Shown piece by piece: positions 51,737 through 62,429 of a stretch of 64,000 bases of DNA; positions within the stretch are counted from its first letter, which is position 1; every line of letters begins with the position of its first letter. This DNA is from Salinispira sp. (GTDB lineage Bacteria > Spirochaetota > Spirochaetia > DSM-27196 > Salinispiraceae), in assembly GCA_965226555.1 (NCBI GenBank), contig CBDDDG010000010.1, positions 192,001-256,000 on the forward strand. The letters run 5' to 3'. A model generated the notes under the pieces. The model was not told where the DNA came from. It saw nothing but the letters and a program-made list of their open reading frames with translations, and did not search any database. Made by a program: the position numbers and the translations under genes.

Positions 51737-52942
51737 ATGGAGTCACATGATGCGGCGCATTTTGATGCGGCACTTTTTGAAAGAGCATACCAGCAGGCCG
51801 AAAGCGAGCCTGTCCGAGAAAGTCTCACCTACTGGCAGGATGCGTGGAGAAGGCTGAAAACCCACAAGCCGGCCATCGCGGGCCTCCTTGGTGTTATTTT
51901 CATTATATGCTTCGCGGTCTTCGGCCCCCTCTTTTCGTCTGTCTCCTATTCCGATCAGGCAATCGATTTTGCAAATCTTCCTCCCCGTCTCAGTATTTAC
52001 GAACTCGAAAAAGATCTCTTTGTCTTCCTCAACGCCGACTACAAGCTCATTCAGGTCTCGCAGCGCGGCGACATTCTTTCCCGTTTTGAACGAATTGAAC
52101 AGGATAACATTAACAAAATCTATGTCTACAGCAATGGCATTCATGACGTAACTCTGGACTTTTCCTACAACCTCCTGCCGGACAAAATGGACAGCCCCTT
52201 CGACTACAGCTTCATGTACCGAGGGAAGGAATACACCGAGGTAAGCCGGCGGGTACGGAACAGAACCTACCCCTTCGGAACCGACATTGTCGGCCGGAGC
52301 CTCCTTGTGCGTCTCATGGACGGCGCCCGCATTTCCCTCATGGTGGCCTTCGTTGCAAGCCTCGTGAACCTGCTCATCGGCGTTCTCTACGGTTCAATAG
52401 CGGCCTATGAAGGCGGACAAACGGATATTATCATGATGCGCATTGTCGACATACTCAACTCAATTCCTCTTGTGCTCTATGTTATTCTCATTAGGGTCAT
52501 TGCCGGCAACAGGGGACTGTGGACAATGATTTTCGCGCTCGGATCAGTCTACTGGGTTATTATGGCCCGGCTTGTCCGCGGACAGGTGCTCAGCCTCAAG
52601 GATCAGGAATTTGTTCTGGCTGCCCGCGCTCTTGGGGTTCCCCGTCTGCAAATTATTGTTAGGCATCTCATTCCGAACGCCATCGGGCCAATTATCGTGT
52701 CAATGACCATGATGATCCCCACGGCAGTGTTCACCGAAGCCTTTATCAGCTTCATTGGTCTGGGAGTATCGGCGCCCACGGCGTCCTGGGGAACCCTCGC
52801 GAACGATGCCCTCGGCAGCCTTCTGTCCTACCCCTATCAGCTTTTGTATCCTATTTTTGCCATAGCCATTACCATGCTGTCGTTCAACCTGCTTGGCGAT
52901 GGATTGCGGGATGCGCTGGACCCGCGTTTGAGAAAGGGCTGA
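51737..52942 (+). CDS. oppC: Oligopeptide ABC permease
   Basis: GTDIVGR, EFVLAARALG, GDGLRDALDP. Confidence 0.93.
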   Translation: MESHDAAHFDAALFERAYQQAESEPVRESLTYWQDAWRRLKTHKPAIAGLLGVIFIICFAVFGPLFSSVSYSDQAIDFANLPPRLSIYELEKDLFVFLNADYKLIQVSQRGDILSRFERIEQDNINKIYVYSNGIHDVTLDFSYNLLPDKMDSPFDYSFMYRGKEYTEVSRRVRNRTYPFGTDIVGRSLLVRLMDGARISLMVAFVASLVNLLIGVLYGSIAAYEGGQTDIIMMRIVDILNSIPLVLYVILIRVIAGNRGLWTMIFALGSVYWVIMARLVRGQVLSLKDQEFVLAARALGVPRLQIIVRHLIPNAIGPIIVSMTMMIPTAVFTEAFISFIGLGVSAPTASWGTLANDALGSLLSYPYQLLYPIFAIAITMLSFNLLGDGLRDALDPRLRKG

Positions 52943-52955
52943 GGGGAGTAATGGA

Positions 52956-53963
52956 ATGAAAGCCCTGCTGGACGTCAGGAATCTTGAAACATCGTTTTAC
53001 ACCCATCTCGGTGAAATTCAGGCTGTGCGGGGCGCCAGCTTTGACCTCGAAGAAGGTGAGGTTCTTGGAATAGTTGGAGAGTCGGGAAGCGGTAAGAGTG
53101 TTACCGCCCTTTCCATTATGGGACTTATCCAGAACCCGGGGAAAATAAAAAACGGCACCATTACATTCCAGAATCAGGAACTTACCGCCCTGAGCACTAA
53201 GGAAATGTCCATGCTCAGGGGCAGCGATATCTCCATGATCTTCCAGGACCCCATGACCTCGCTCAACCCTGTGTATTCCATTGAAAACCAGATGATAGAG
53301 GTTATCCGCCGGCATCAGAAGCTGAAAAAACATGAAGCCCGCGAACGCGCGGTACATATGCTCAACCTTGTCGGCATACCCCACCCCAAAAAACGGATCA
53401 AAAACTATCCGCACGAGTTCTCGGGGGGAATGCGGCAGCGTGTCATGATCGCCACCGCCCTGAGCTGCAACCCGAAACTCCTCATTGCAGATGAACCAAC
53501 CACCGCTCTCGATGTTACTATTCAAGCGCAGATTCTTGAGCTTATGCGGGACCTCAAGGAGCGCATAAAAACCTCCATCATCATTATTACCCATGATCTC
53601 GGAGTGATCGCCGAAGTCTGCAATTACATTGTCGTTATGTATGGCGGAACCATCATGGAGACCGGAACAGAAAAGGATATTTTTTATAATCCGCAGAATC
53701 CTTACACAATCGGCCTTCATCAGTCCATACCCAAACCAACTGAAAAAGAAAAGCAGCGCCTCATTCCGATCACCGGCACTCCGCCCGATCTCCTTCATCC
53801 TCCTGCCGGCTGTCCCTTTGCTGCGCGCTGTCCCCATGCAATGAAAATATGTCTTGAAAAACGTCCTCCGAGTTTCAAACTATCGGATACTCATACCTCC
53901 GCATGCTGGCTCCTTCATTCCGAAGCTCCAACGGCGGCACCATACACGAATAAAGTTTCATGA
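52956..53963 (+). CDS. oppD: Oligopeptide ABC ATPase
   Basis: [20 protein letters not shown]. Confidence 0.93.
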   Translation: MKALLDVRNLETSFYTHLGEIQAVRGASFDLEEGEVLGIVGESGSGKSVTALSIMGLIQNPGKIKNGTITFQNQELTALSTKEMSMLRGSDISMIFQDPMTSLNPVYSIENQMIEVIRRHQKLKKHEARERAVHMLNLVGIPHPKKRIKNYPHEFSGGMRQRVMIATALSCNPKLLIADEPTTALDVTIQAQILELMRDLKERIKTSIIIITHDLGVIAEVCNYIVVMYGGTIMETGTEKDIFYNPQNPYTIGLHQSIPKPTEKEKQRLIPITGTPPDLLHPPAGCPFAARCPHAMKICLEKRPPSFKLSDTHTSACWLLHSEAPTAAPYTNKVS

Positions 53964-53972
53964 AGGGAGAAG

Positions 53973-54953
53973 TTGATCATGAGTGAAGATTTACTGGCAG
54001 TTAAAGGACTGAAAAAATATTTTCCCGTAGACAGCCGCATTTTCCGCCGTAATCAGTCCTGGCTTAAGGCGGTTGATGGTGTGGATATCACGATTAAACG
54101 GGGTGAAACTTTCGGGCTTGTCGGGGAATCGGGCTGCGGAAAATCGACAACAGGCCGTACCATTCTCCGGCTCTATGAAGCGAGCAGCGGTAAAATCTTC
54201 TTCGATGGACAGGATATCACCAGTCTTGATGAAAAGAAACTCAAACCCTTTCGCAAGCGCATGCAGATGATTTTTCAGGATCCCTACGCAAGCCTCAACG
54301 GAAGAATGACCGTAAACGATATTATCGGAGAAGGAATAAGCATTCATCATCTCAGTGAAGGACGTGAAAAGCAGGAACGAATCTATGATCTGCTGTCTTA
54401 TGTCGGCCTCAAAAAAGAGCATGCCAACCGCTACCCCCACGAATTTTCCGGCGGACAGCGCCAGCGCATCGGCATTGCCCGGGCACTGGCTGTTGAACCC
54501 GAGCTGATAATATGCGATGAACCCATTTCTGCGCTGGATGTCTCAATTCAGGCTCAGGTCGTGAACATGCTGGAAGACCTCCAAGATGAATTGGGCCTCA
54601 CATATCTGTTCATTGCCCATGATCTTTCCATGGTAAAACACATTTCCAACCGCATCGGGGTTATGTATTTAGGTAAGCTGGTGGAGGTCTGTGAAAGCGG
54701 CGAACTGTACCGGAATCCGATGCACCCCTACACGAAGGCCCTGCTCTCGGCCATCCCCATTCCTGATCCTGATGTAACCAGAAATAACAAGCGAATCATT
54801 CTCAAGGGAGAGGTAACAAGCCCCATTGATCCGCCGAAAGGATGCCGCTTCGCCTCACGCTGTCCCCTGAAGACTGATCGCTGCACCGAAGAATCTCCCG
54901 ATCTGCGGGAACGTGCGCCGGGGCATTTCGTATCGTGCCATAACGTTGGCTGA
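53973..54953 (+). CDS. oppF: Oligopeptide ABC ATPase
   Basis: [20 protein letters not shown]. Confidence 0.93.
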   Translation: MIMSEDLLAVKGLKKYFPVDSRIFRRNQSWLKAVDGVDITIKRGETFGLVGESGCGKSTTGRTILRLYEASSGKIFFDGQDITSLDEKKLKPFRKRMQMIFQDPYASLNGRMTVNDIIGEGISIHHLSEGREKQERIYDLLSYVGLKKEHANRYPHEFSGGQRQRIGIARALAVEPELIICDEPISALDVSIQAQVVNMLEDLQDELGLTYLFIAHDLSMVKHISNRIGVMYLGKLVEVCESGELYRNPMHPYTKALLSAIPIPDPDVTRNNKRIILKGEVTSPIDPPKGCRFASRCPLKTDRCTEESPDLRERAPGHFVSCHNVG

Positions 54954-55168
54954 GCGGCGGGCACGGGGCGCTGGTGATCGGCAATTACCGTGAATAATTG
55001 GAATTTCCTGTCGGGACAGTTTTTGCCGGAAGCCATATAAGGGTTCAATAGCCGCTGAGGGCTATGGGTTATGAAACTAATCATTTACCATGTCACCATC
55101 AATGTGTTTGGAAAGAATTTTGCAAAATTGTGAATTTTTTCGGGGCGGGCGGGGAGATGGAGTCTGCT

Positions 55169-55232
55169 CAAATGTTTATTTCCAATAAAATTCATGTAAG
55201 TAGTTGATATTTCAGATACTTTGTGGTAACCT
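55169..55232 (+). promoter_or_regulatory. CAAATGTTTATTTCC motif plus sigma70-type promoter
   Basis: Motif at 55169-55183; TTGATA (55204)-N17-TAACCT (55227) with TG extension. Confidence 0.6.
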
Positions 55233-55272
55233 TTGTATAAGGTTTCAGTGCGTATCTGCAATGAAACATAGA

Positions 55273-55299
55273 CAAAGTTTTGCAAAATGCAAAACTTTC
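55273..55299. repeat. Palindromic mini-element, 27 bp, flanked by TAGA
   Basis: caaagttttgcaaaatgcaaaactttc. Confidence 0.8.
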
Positions 55300-55334
55300 T
55301 AGAGACAAATATTTTTAGAGAAAGAGGTATTAGT

Positions 55335-56612
55335 ATGATGTTTACTTTTAATCCACTACGAAAGTTATGGGGAGGGTTTCCTGGTTTTGTTGCAATAATC
55401 GTGATTCTCATCGCCTTACTTGCTGGATGTCCAATGCCGGAACCAACTCCTGACTCCGAGCCCATGACGGAACCCGAGCCCATGCCGGAACCCGAGCCCA
55501 TGACGGAAGCAACCCCTCCAAGCACCATGGATGCTCCCGCGATCACCGTTGGACACACCCAGCTCACCGCGACATGGAGCCCCCCCAACAATGACGGCGG
55601 CAGTGAAATTACTGCGTACCATGTGCAGCACAAAATAAGCGCCGCAGAATGGCCAGAGGACGACACAACGGACACCGCCATTATCAGTGATACTACTATC
55701 ACAAGCCACCCCATTACCGGGCTGATAAATGGCAACGTCTACGATGTGCGGGTGCGCGCGGTCAACATGCAGGGCAATGGGGTTTGGTCTGAACACGCAT
55801 CAGCAATGTTGCCGATTCCTGTGACACAGACTCCTGCGGGTACGGCAGCGACGGTAAGCCTATCGGCTGCCGCGCGAGCCATTATTGCCGATGAGAGCCC
55901 AACCGTTACGTTGACCATCGTGGAACAGGGTACCCTCGCGGTTAGTGCATCAGGAGTCAGTATCACTCCCGCAACTACGCCCGCAGGGCTTACCGTTCCG
56001 ACAGTTGATTCGGGTACCGGCATGGTTACGGTTGCTGCGGATACAACGGCAGGGACATATCTGGTATATGGCGAAACCGGAACAGGAGATATACTCTTTG
56101 CTGAATATTTCTTTGTTACCGTGAGTCCTCAAGATAAAACCGAACTGCAAGCAATAGTAACTGCGGCGATAGGAAACATCAACGATGCTAATGATTCTGG
56201 AATCTGGGGCGATACTGCCAATCTCAACTACATTATTACTACGGCAGTAACGGATATGTCCAATATGTTCCAGAGTGCAAGTGCATTCAATGGCGATATC
56301 TCGGGCTGGGATGTCAGCGCGGTAACGACTATGCGGTCGATGTTCTTTCAGGCAAGCACATTCAATAGCGATATCACCGGCTGGGATGTCAGCGCGGTAA
56401 CGGATATAGCTTGGATGTTCTATCAGGCAAGCGCATTCAATCGCGATCTTGAGGAGTGGAAGGATCATTGGACACTCAGTGATAACAAATACACCCTTGG
56501 CAAATACACCGGAGCAAAAGGCGGTATGTTTTTGTTTTCCGGCGTGGTGACGAATACGGACGGGTCGGATATGAGTAAGCCTACAGGTGTGGGTGCTCCG
56601 TCATGGTATTAG
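55335..56612 (+). CDS. Surface lipoprotein: PE-rich linker, Fn3 domain, DUF285/BspA-like repeats
   Basis: Lipobox LLAGC; WSPP..DGGSEITAY...YDVRVRAVN; FNGDISGWDVSAVT.M..MF repeats. Confidence 0.85.
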   Translation: MMFTFNPLRKLWGGFPGFVAIIVILIALLAGCPMPEPTPDSEPMTEPEPMPEPEPMTEATPPSTMDAPAITVGHTQLTATWSPPNNDGGSEITAYHVQHKISAAEWPEDDTTDTAIISDTTITSHPITGLINGNVYDVRVRAVNMQGNGVWSEHASAMLPIPVTQTPAGTAATVSLSAAARAIIADESPTVTLTIVEQGTLAVSASGVSITPATTPAGLTVPTVDSGTGMVTVAADTTAGTYLVYGETGTGDILFAEYFFVTVSPQDKTELQAIVTAAIGNINDANDSGIWGDTANLNYIITTAVTDMSNMFQSASAFNGDISGWDVSAVTTMRSMFFQASTFNSDITGWDVSAVTDIAWMFYQASAFNRDLEEWKDHWTLSDNKYTLGKYTGAKGGMFLFSGVVTNTDGSDMSKPTGVGAPSWY

Positions 56613-57549
56613 GAGCAGTTTTATAGCCCGCAGTAACTCTCGAATTTTTATCAATTTTTTTAAGGGGACATTCATCGGTATCGCAAATGTTATTCCCGGC
56701 GTAAGCGGGGGAACAATTGCCGTCATTACCGGTGTATATGAACCGCTTGTGGGCTTTTTCGGCACATCGCTGAACCGTGAGTGGCCGGGCAAATTCCGAA
56801 ACATTATGCCCCTGCTCTTTCCCGTTATGTTTGGCATGTTCGCGGGCATTCTTCTGCTGGCCAACCTCATTGACAGCCTCTTTCTAGTTGCGCCATCGCA
56901 AATTCAGTTCTTTTTCATAGGGCTTATTCTCGGAAGCGCTCCATATGTTGCGAAGCAGGGCAGCAAAAATCAGTTCAAAATCTCATATCTCATAGTCTTT
57001 CTCCTCGCAGCCGCCCTGATCATATGGATGGGCATACGGGCGCGGGAAATGGGCGACCGTTCTACCCTCATTGACACCCAGAACATCATCAGAACACTGA
57101 CCCCCCTCAACGCTGTCATCATCATCAGCACCGGAATACTCACTTCTGCCACCATGCTCATGCCGGGAGTAAGCGGCGCCTTTATTATGGTACTCATTGG
57201 CATGTATGCGACCTACATTGTCATGATTGAGGAACTGAACTTTCCCATTATCCTCACCTTTCTTACCGGCGCAATTGCCGGGCTCTTTCTCTGCGCGAAA
57301 ATCATTTCCACGCTTCTGAATAAATTCCATGGACACAGTTACTACACCATTCTCGGGCTCATGATCGGCTCCATATCCTTCCTCTGGCCGGGGCTGAGTT
57401 TCAATGTATCCGACATTGTCTCAGTCATCGCCTGCCTCGGAGGTTTCCTGCTTGCCTTTTTTCTCAGCAATGGTCACAAAAATGATGACCACCGATATCG
57501 CAGTCAGAACCATCGGATCAGCCAATCGGAAACGGAGAGTAAGCAATGA
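56587..57549 (+). CDS. DUF368-family membrane protein (start uncertain)
   Basis: Two PGVSG motifs (ANVIPGVSGGT, MPGVSGA). Confidence 0.85.
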   Translation: MWVLRHGIRSSFIARSNSRIFINFFKGTFIGIANVIPGVSGGTIAVITGVYEPLVGFFGTSLNREWPGKFRNIMPLLFPVMFGMFAGILLLANLIDSLFLVAPSQIQFFFIGLILGSAPYVAKQGSKNQFKISYLIVFLLAAALIIWMGIRAREMGDRSTLIDTQNIIRTLTPLNAVIIISTGILTSATMLMPGVSGAFIMVLIGMYATYIVMIEELNFPIILTFLTGAIAGLFLCAKIISTLLNKFHGHSYYTILGLMIGSISFLWPGLSFNVSDIVSVIACLGGFLLAFFLSNGHKNDDHRYRSQNHRISQSETESKQ

Positions 57550-58445
57550 GCAGCGAAAAAAACAAAACACACATACTTCGAAAGACAGCCCTGACAATTG
57601 TCATAATTGTCATACTCTGGCAGGCAGCCCGATTAATTACCGGCATTGTTGTTCCTCCCTTTCCGCCGCATCCTCTGCAGGAAAAACCAATGACAGTTAT
57701 CGCGCATCAGGGGGGGAAGAATCTCCTTCCCGAAAATACCCTGCCGGCCTTTGAGAACGCGCTCCGGGTCGGCGCAGATGCGCTCGAAATGGATGTTCAC
57801 CTCACGAAGGACGGACATCTTGTCGTTATTCATGATGATACTGTCGACCGCACAACAAACGGAAGCGGCAGCGTTGCCGAGTTCAGCCTCCGTGAGCTGA
57901 AGGAACTGGATGCTGCCTACCGATGGCAGGAAGGCGATAATTTTCCCTACCGCGGACAGGGCATACGCATTCCGACCCTGACGGAAATTCTTGAGCAATT
58001 TCCCGACACCATAAAAATTATTGAAATGAAACCGGATGACCCTAACATTGCGGCAGCTCTTGGAACCATGCTCAGGGAATGGGAACAGGATGAGCTTGTC
58101 ATTGTCGGTTCTTTCCACATCGATATCCTGAAACGTTTTCGCAGGAATTATCCTGAATTTATGACCAGCGCAGGATTAAATGAGGTTGCCCGATTTTTTG
58201 TTATGAATCATCTTGGTTTTTCTGGAAGTTATCCCTTCCACTTCGGTTTTTTTCAGGTGCCTGTGCAGTATGGACCGCTGAAGGTTGTTACATCTTCATT
58301 CATTAAAAACGCGCAGAGAAATAACATCATTGTTCAGGCATGGACTATTAATGATCCCGATGAAATGCGTGAACTGCTGAATATGGGAATTAACGGTATT
58401 ATTACCGATGACCCTGAAACACTCAAAATGATTTCAGAACAATAA
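57546..58445 (+). CDS. Glycerophosphodiester phosphodiesterase
   Basis: IAHQGG, PENTL, EMDV..TKDG..V.HD..VDRTT, GIITD.P. Confidence 0.92.
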   Translation: MSSEKNKTHILRKTALTIVIIVILWQAARLITGIVVPPFPPHPLQEKPMTVIAHQGGKNLLPENTLPAFENALRVGADALEMDVHLTKDGHLVVIHDDTVDRTTNGSGSVAEFSLRELKELDAAYRWQEGDNFPYRGQGIRIPTLTEILEQFPDTIKIIEMKPDDPNIAAALGTMLREWEQDELVIVGSFHIDILKRFRRNYPEFMTSAGLNEVARFFVMNHLGFSGSYPFHFGFFQVPVQYGPLKVVTSSFIKNAQRNNIIVQAWTINDPDEMRELLNMGINGIITDDPETLKMISEQ

Positions 58446-58484
58446 CAAAGTTTTGCTACTGAAAATTTTGCTCTCAAAAGTTTC
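58446..58484. repeat. Palindromic mini-element, 39 bp, flanked by AATAA direct repeats
   Basis: AATAA at 58441-58445 and 58485-58489. Confidence 0.8.
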
Positions 58485-58499
58485 AATAAGGAAAGAGAT

Positions 58500-59420
58500 G
58501 TGGCGCTACTTGGCGGAATTGAGGCAGGCGGAACAAAGTTTGTCTGTGTTCTGGGCGATAGTCCCAATAACATTCTTCGGGAAGAACGAATACCCACCAC
58601 AAATCCTGAAGAAACACTCTCACGATCTCTTGAGTTCTTTCAGAATGCCTCTGCCGATTTAGGCAGTACCTACGGACCGCTCAGGGCAATGGGCATTGGA
58701 ACCTTCGGACCGGTGGATATGCGCTCCGAATCGGCAACCTGGGGCTTCGTTACCACCACTCCCAAAGCCGGTTGGCAGAATACTGATATGTGCTCCCTGT
58801 TCTCCCGAAGCCTCGGAATACCTGTTGATTTTGATACCGATGTAAACGCAGCTGCCCTCGGTGAGGGATATGCGGGCGCAGGGCGCGGTTTGTCCGTTTT
58901 CATGTACATTACCGTTGGAACAGGCATAGGCGGCGGCATTATGATTAACGGAAGTCCTGTTCACGGGCTCCTTCATCCTGAGGTAGGGCATATACTTCTC
59001 AGCCCGAAAGAGGGTGATGATTTTTCGGGAAACTGCCCCTATCATGGACGCTGCATGGAAGGGCTGTGCTCGGGACCTGCCATTGAAAAGCGCTGGGGAA
59101 TATCTGCAGAAAAACTCTCCTCTGAGCATCCGGCATGGGATATAGAAGCATTCTACCTCGCGCAGGCGCTCATGTCTTATGTCTTGACTATAAGTCCTGA
59201 GTGTATTATTTTAGGTGGAGGTGTAATGCACCAGCGCCAACTCTTTCCGAAAATCCGCAGATTTCTGAAGGAATTTCTTAATGGATATGTTGCTTCCCCT
59301 GCCATATTGGAAGAAGATGAGAATTTTATTATTCCTTCCGAATTGGGGGATAGGGCAGGAGTTACCGGCACTCTTGTTATGGCGCGTACTATTTTCAGCA
59401 GACAGGACAGGGAGGGATAG
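58500..59420 (+). CDS. ROK-family fructokinase
   Basis: GGIEAGGTKFVC, TDVNAAALGE, TVGTGIGGG, HPEVGH, CPYH..CMEG. Confidence 0.9.
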   Translation: MALLGGIEAGGTKFVCVLGDSPNNILREERIPTTNPEETLSRSLEFFQNASADLGSTYGPLRAMGIGTFGPVDMRSESATWGFVTTTPKAGWQNTDMCSLFSRSLGIPVDFDTDVNAAALGEGYAGAGRGLSVFMYITVGTGIGGGIMINGSPVHGLLHPEVGHILLSPKEGDDFSGNCPYHGRCMEGLCSGPAIEKRWGISAEKLSSEHPAWDIEAFYLAQALMSYVLTISPECIILGGGVMHQRQLFPKIRRFLKEFLNGYVASPAILEEDENFIIPSELGDRAGVTGTLVMARTIFSRQDREG

Positions 59421-59425
59421 CAGAC

Positions 59426-59977
59426 ATGAGCCCCAGACAGAGAAGAAGAGGAAGAAGAGGAGGAAGAGGAAGACGGAGCTCACGCAATACATTGGATATT
59501 CTCAGCCGGTCATCGGAAAAACAAAACCGGCAGATAACGCAGCGAGACCGGCAACCGGCGTATGTATACCTGCCGCCTCCGGTACCAGAAAAAGAATATG
59601 ATCCCTGCCCCATAAGCGGTGAAGCAATTGATAACATTTACATCGCCATATCAGACCCCGACTCCGGCAAACCCGCCCGCTTTGACAAGGTGCTTGAACA
59701 CATCAGTCAACAGGAAGTGCTGAGCAATAAACAGAGGCTGGCCTACATCGGGGCCGGTAATTTCGCCATTCTTGAAAACAAAACCGAAAACGGAAAAACC
59801 CAGATCCAAGTCATGAAAAAAATCCCCTATGAGGACCCCTACGATAGAAAAAAGTGGCGGAAGGAGCTGAGCCCCGGTATTTCCCGGGATTATGTGCCGA
59901 ATCCGCAGCCCTTAGACGATTTATATACCCGGGAGGAAATAAGAGCCTTCCCCTCCTTTGAATTTACCCGCTTATGA
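59426..59977 (+). CDS. Hypothetical protein with Arg-rich N-terminus
   Basis: 183 aa ORF with RBS; CPISGE.I...YIGAGNF. Confidence 0.65.
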   Translation: MSPRQRRRGRRGGRGRRSSRNTLDILSRSSEKQNRQITQRDRQPAYVYLPPPVPEKEYDPCPISGEAIDNIYIAISDPDSGKPARFDKVLEHISQQEVLSNKQRLAYIGAGNFAILENKTENGKTQIQVMKKIPYEDPYDRKKWRKELSPGISRDYVPNPQPLDDLYTREEIRAFPSFEFTRL

Positions 59978-59988
59978 TCCTCTCGGGC

Positions 59989-61719
59989 TTACCCAGCGCC
60001 CGCCCGCATCTCGCTGTTTCGCTGAACCCGTGCCCACCCATCTTTCAAGCTGACCGTCCGATTAAACACCGGGCGCTCAGGGCTATGATCAGAATCGGCG
60101 CAGAAATATCCCTGCCGAAGAAACTGAAACTTCTCCCCGCAGGCAGCTCCGGCAAGGGCGGGTTCAATTTTTCCGGTAACTACCCGCAGACTCCGGGGGT
60201 TAACGGCATCTGGAAAATCCGCATCGCCGGGCAGGGCAGCAGGGTTTTCACAGGTAAAAAGCGGTTCATACAGCCGTAGTTCTGCGTCCGGTGCATGGGC
60301 AGCGCTAAGCCAGTGGAGAGCCCCCCGCACCTTGCGGCCGTCCGGACTCCGCCCCCCCCTGCTTGCGGGATCATAGGTGCAATGAATTTCAGTAACCGCT
60401 CCCGCAGCGTCCTTCACTACCCGCCCGCAGCGGATAAAATAGGCATGCTTCAGGCGCACCTCCCTGCCCGGAGCAAGACGGAAAAATTTCTTCGGCGGAT
60501 CTTCCATGAAATCTTCTCTTTCAATGAAGATCACCCGGGAAAAGGGAAGCTCGCGGGTACCGGCGCCCTCGTCTTCAGGATTGTTATCCGCCTCAATCAT
60601 TTCCACCTTCTCTTCGGGATAGTTGTCGATAATCACCTTCACCGGATCAATGACCGCCATAGCTCGTTGAACTGTTTTGTTCATATCCTCACGCACAAAA
60701 AACTCAAGCAGGCTCAGCGCAACCATGCTCTCGGTTTTCGTTACCCCGATATGGGCCACAAAATTGCGGATGGCTCGGGCAGTATAGCCTCGGCGCCGCA
60801 TACCGCTGATTGTGGGCATGCGGGGGTCATCCCAGGAACTAACATATTTTTCTTCCACAAGGCGGCGGAGTTTGCGTTTGCTCATAATGGTATGGCTCAG
60901 GTTCAGGCGGGCAAATTCAATTTGACGCGGCGGATAGGGAAGGTCGATTTTTTCCAGAAACCAGTTGTACAGCGGGCGGTGGTTTTCAAATTCCAGGGTA
61001 CAGATGGAATGGCTGATGCCTTCAATCGCGTCCGATTGCCCGTGCGCCCAGTCATACATTGGGTAGATACACCAGGCATTACCGCTTCGCTGATGCTCCT
61101 CGTGCCGAATTCGATACATGACGGGGTCCCGCATATTCAAATTGGGATGCGCCATATCAATTTTGGCCCGTAAAACATGGGAACCATCGGGGTGCTTGCC
61201 CTCCCGCATCTCGCGAAAGAGGCGCGCATTTTCCTCAACGGGGCGTTCGCGGTAAGGGCTGTTTACTCCGGCTGTGGTCGGGGTACCGCGGTTCTGTGAT
61301 ATTGCATCGGCATTCTGGCTATCCACATATGCCAGATCCTTTTCGATAAGTTCGACAGCCCAGTCATACAGCTGATCAAAATAATCCGAGGTAAAGTAGA
61401 GCCTATCCTTCCAGTCAAAGCCCAGCCAACGGATGTCTTCCTGAATGGCCTCGACAAATTCCTGTTCCTCACTGGAGGGGTTGGTATCATCAAAGCGAAG
61501 ATTGTACACCGCGTTGGGGAATTCATCCGCAATACCATAGTTCAGGCAGATACTCTTTGCATGTCCAATGTGGAGATAGCCGTTTGGTTCGGGAGGAAAT
61601 CGGGTACGCACCGATCCCCGTACAAGCCCATCTCTCAGATCTTCCTCAATAATGGAACAAATAAAATTCATCCTGCTTACGGCAGTAGTATCTTCTTTCT
61701 CTTTCATATTCATGTTCAT
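59989..61719 (-). CDS. glnS: Glutamine--tRNA ligase
   Basis: TRFPPEPNGYLHIGH, MSKRKL, WDDPRMPT, FQFLRQGYF. Confidence 0.97.
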   Translation of the reverse strand: MNMNMKEKEDTTAVSRMNFICSIIEEDLRDGLVRGSVRTRFPPEPNGYLHIGHAKSICLNYGIADEFPNAVYNLRFDDTNPSSEEQEFVEAIQEDIRWLGFDWKDRLYFTSDYFDQLYDWAVELIEKDLAYVDSQNADAISQNRGTPTTAGVNSPYRERPVEENARLFREMREGKHPDGSHVLRAKIDMAHPNLNMRDPVMYRIRHEEHQRSGNAWCIYPMYDWAHGQSDAIEGISHSICTLEFENHRPLYNWFLEKIDLPYPPRQIEFARLNLSHTIMSKRKLRRLVEEKYVSSWDDPRMPTISGMRRRGYTARAIRNFVAHIGVTKTESMVALSLLEFFVREDMNKTVQRAMAVIDPVKVIIDNYPEEKVEMIEADNNPEDEGAGTRELPFSRVIFIEREDFMEDPPKKFFRLAPGREVRLKHAYFIRCGRVVKDAAGAVTEIHCTYDPASRGGRSPDGRKVRGALHWLSAAHAPDAELRLYEPLFTCENPAALPGDADFPDAVNPRSLRVVTGKIEPALAGAACGEKFQFLRQGYFCADSDHSPERPVFNRTVSLKDGWARVQRNSEMRAGAG

Positions 61720-61772
61720 TGATGTGGTATACCTCGTAAAAAATACTGATAGAAACTTTGTGATAGAAACGT

Positions 61773-62381
61773 TTAGTGCGAATCATCTCCAGACAGAATG
61801 TGACGGCGGAAGACGAGCAGATAATCGACAAGCGAGAAAAGGGAGATCCCCGCTGCCGCGAAGAAGCAGGCATGGATGAAAATTTTAAGGCTGTCCTGCC
61901 CCGCAGAGGCGGCGGGCGCTGTTTCAGGATTAATCCACCGCAGGTACATAAACACAAGACTGAGAATTGATACTGCGGAATAGCATAAACTTTTAATTTT
62001 CCCGCTTATGCGCGCGGCAAGAAAGACCTTCTCCTTCGTGAGAACCATGCGGAGAAATACGCTGCCAAATTCACGATAGAGAATAATGAGAAAACTCAGC
62101 GGAGGCATGATGCCGATGACCGTAAATAGCAGAAAATACGATACCCGACTGATAATATCGGAAAAGGGGTCAAGCACCTTGCCGATGTCGGTAATCTGAT
62201 TCGTTTTGCGCGCAATGTAGCCGTCGATAAGATCGCTTGCTTCTATGTACAGGAAAAGCCCCACGAGAATTGGGAACACAAGGGAGCGGGGAACACCTGC
62301 CAACTGCGGAAGAAATGCGCATACAAAGAATGCCGGTGCGAGAATAATTCTGGATATCGTAAAAAAATTTGCAAGATTCAT
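61773..62381 (-). CDS. pgsA: CDP-diacylglycerol--glycerol-3-phosphate phosphatidyltransferase
   Basis: NLAN..T.SR; SDLIDGYIARK...T..GKVLDPFSD. Confidence 0.85.
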   Translation of the reverse strand: MNLANFFTISRIILAPAFFVCAFLPQLAGVPRSLVFPILVGLFLYIEASDLIDGYIARKTNQITDIGKVLDPFSDIISRVSYFLLFTVIGIMPPLSFLIILYREFGSVFLRMVLTKEKVFLAARISGKIKSLCYSAVSILSLVFMYLRWINPETAPAASAGQDSLKIFIHACFFAAAGISLFSLVDYLLVFRRHILSGDDSH

Positions 62382-62429
62382 TTTATTGCTCATTCTCATT
62401 GACCTGTATGCCCGAGTTCCATATTCTAT

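Noticed and set aside
55287..55334. ORF-track starts at 55287, 8318 and 18674
   Set aside because: These extensions run through palindromic elements; better RBS-supported starts lie downstream (55335, 8204, 18515).
61748..61775. gatagaaactttgtgatagaaacgttt as another palindrome copy
   Set aside because: Only a partial arm, arranged as a direct rather than inverted repeat.
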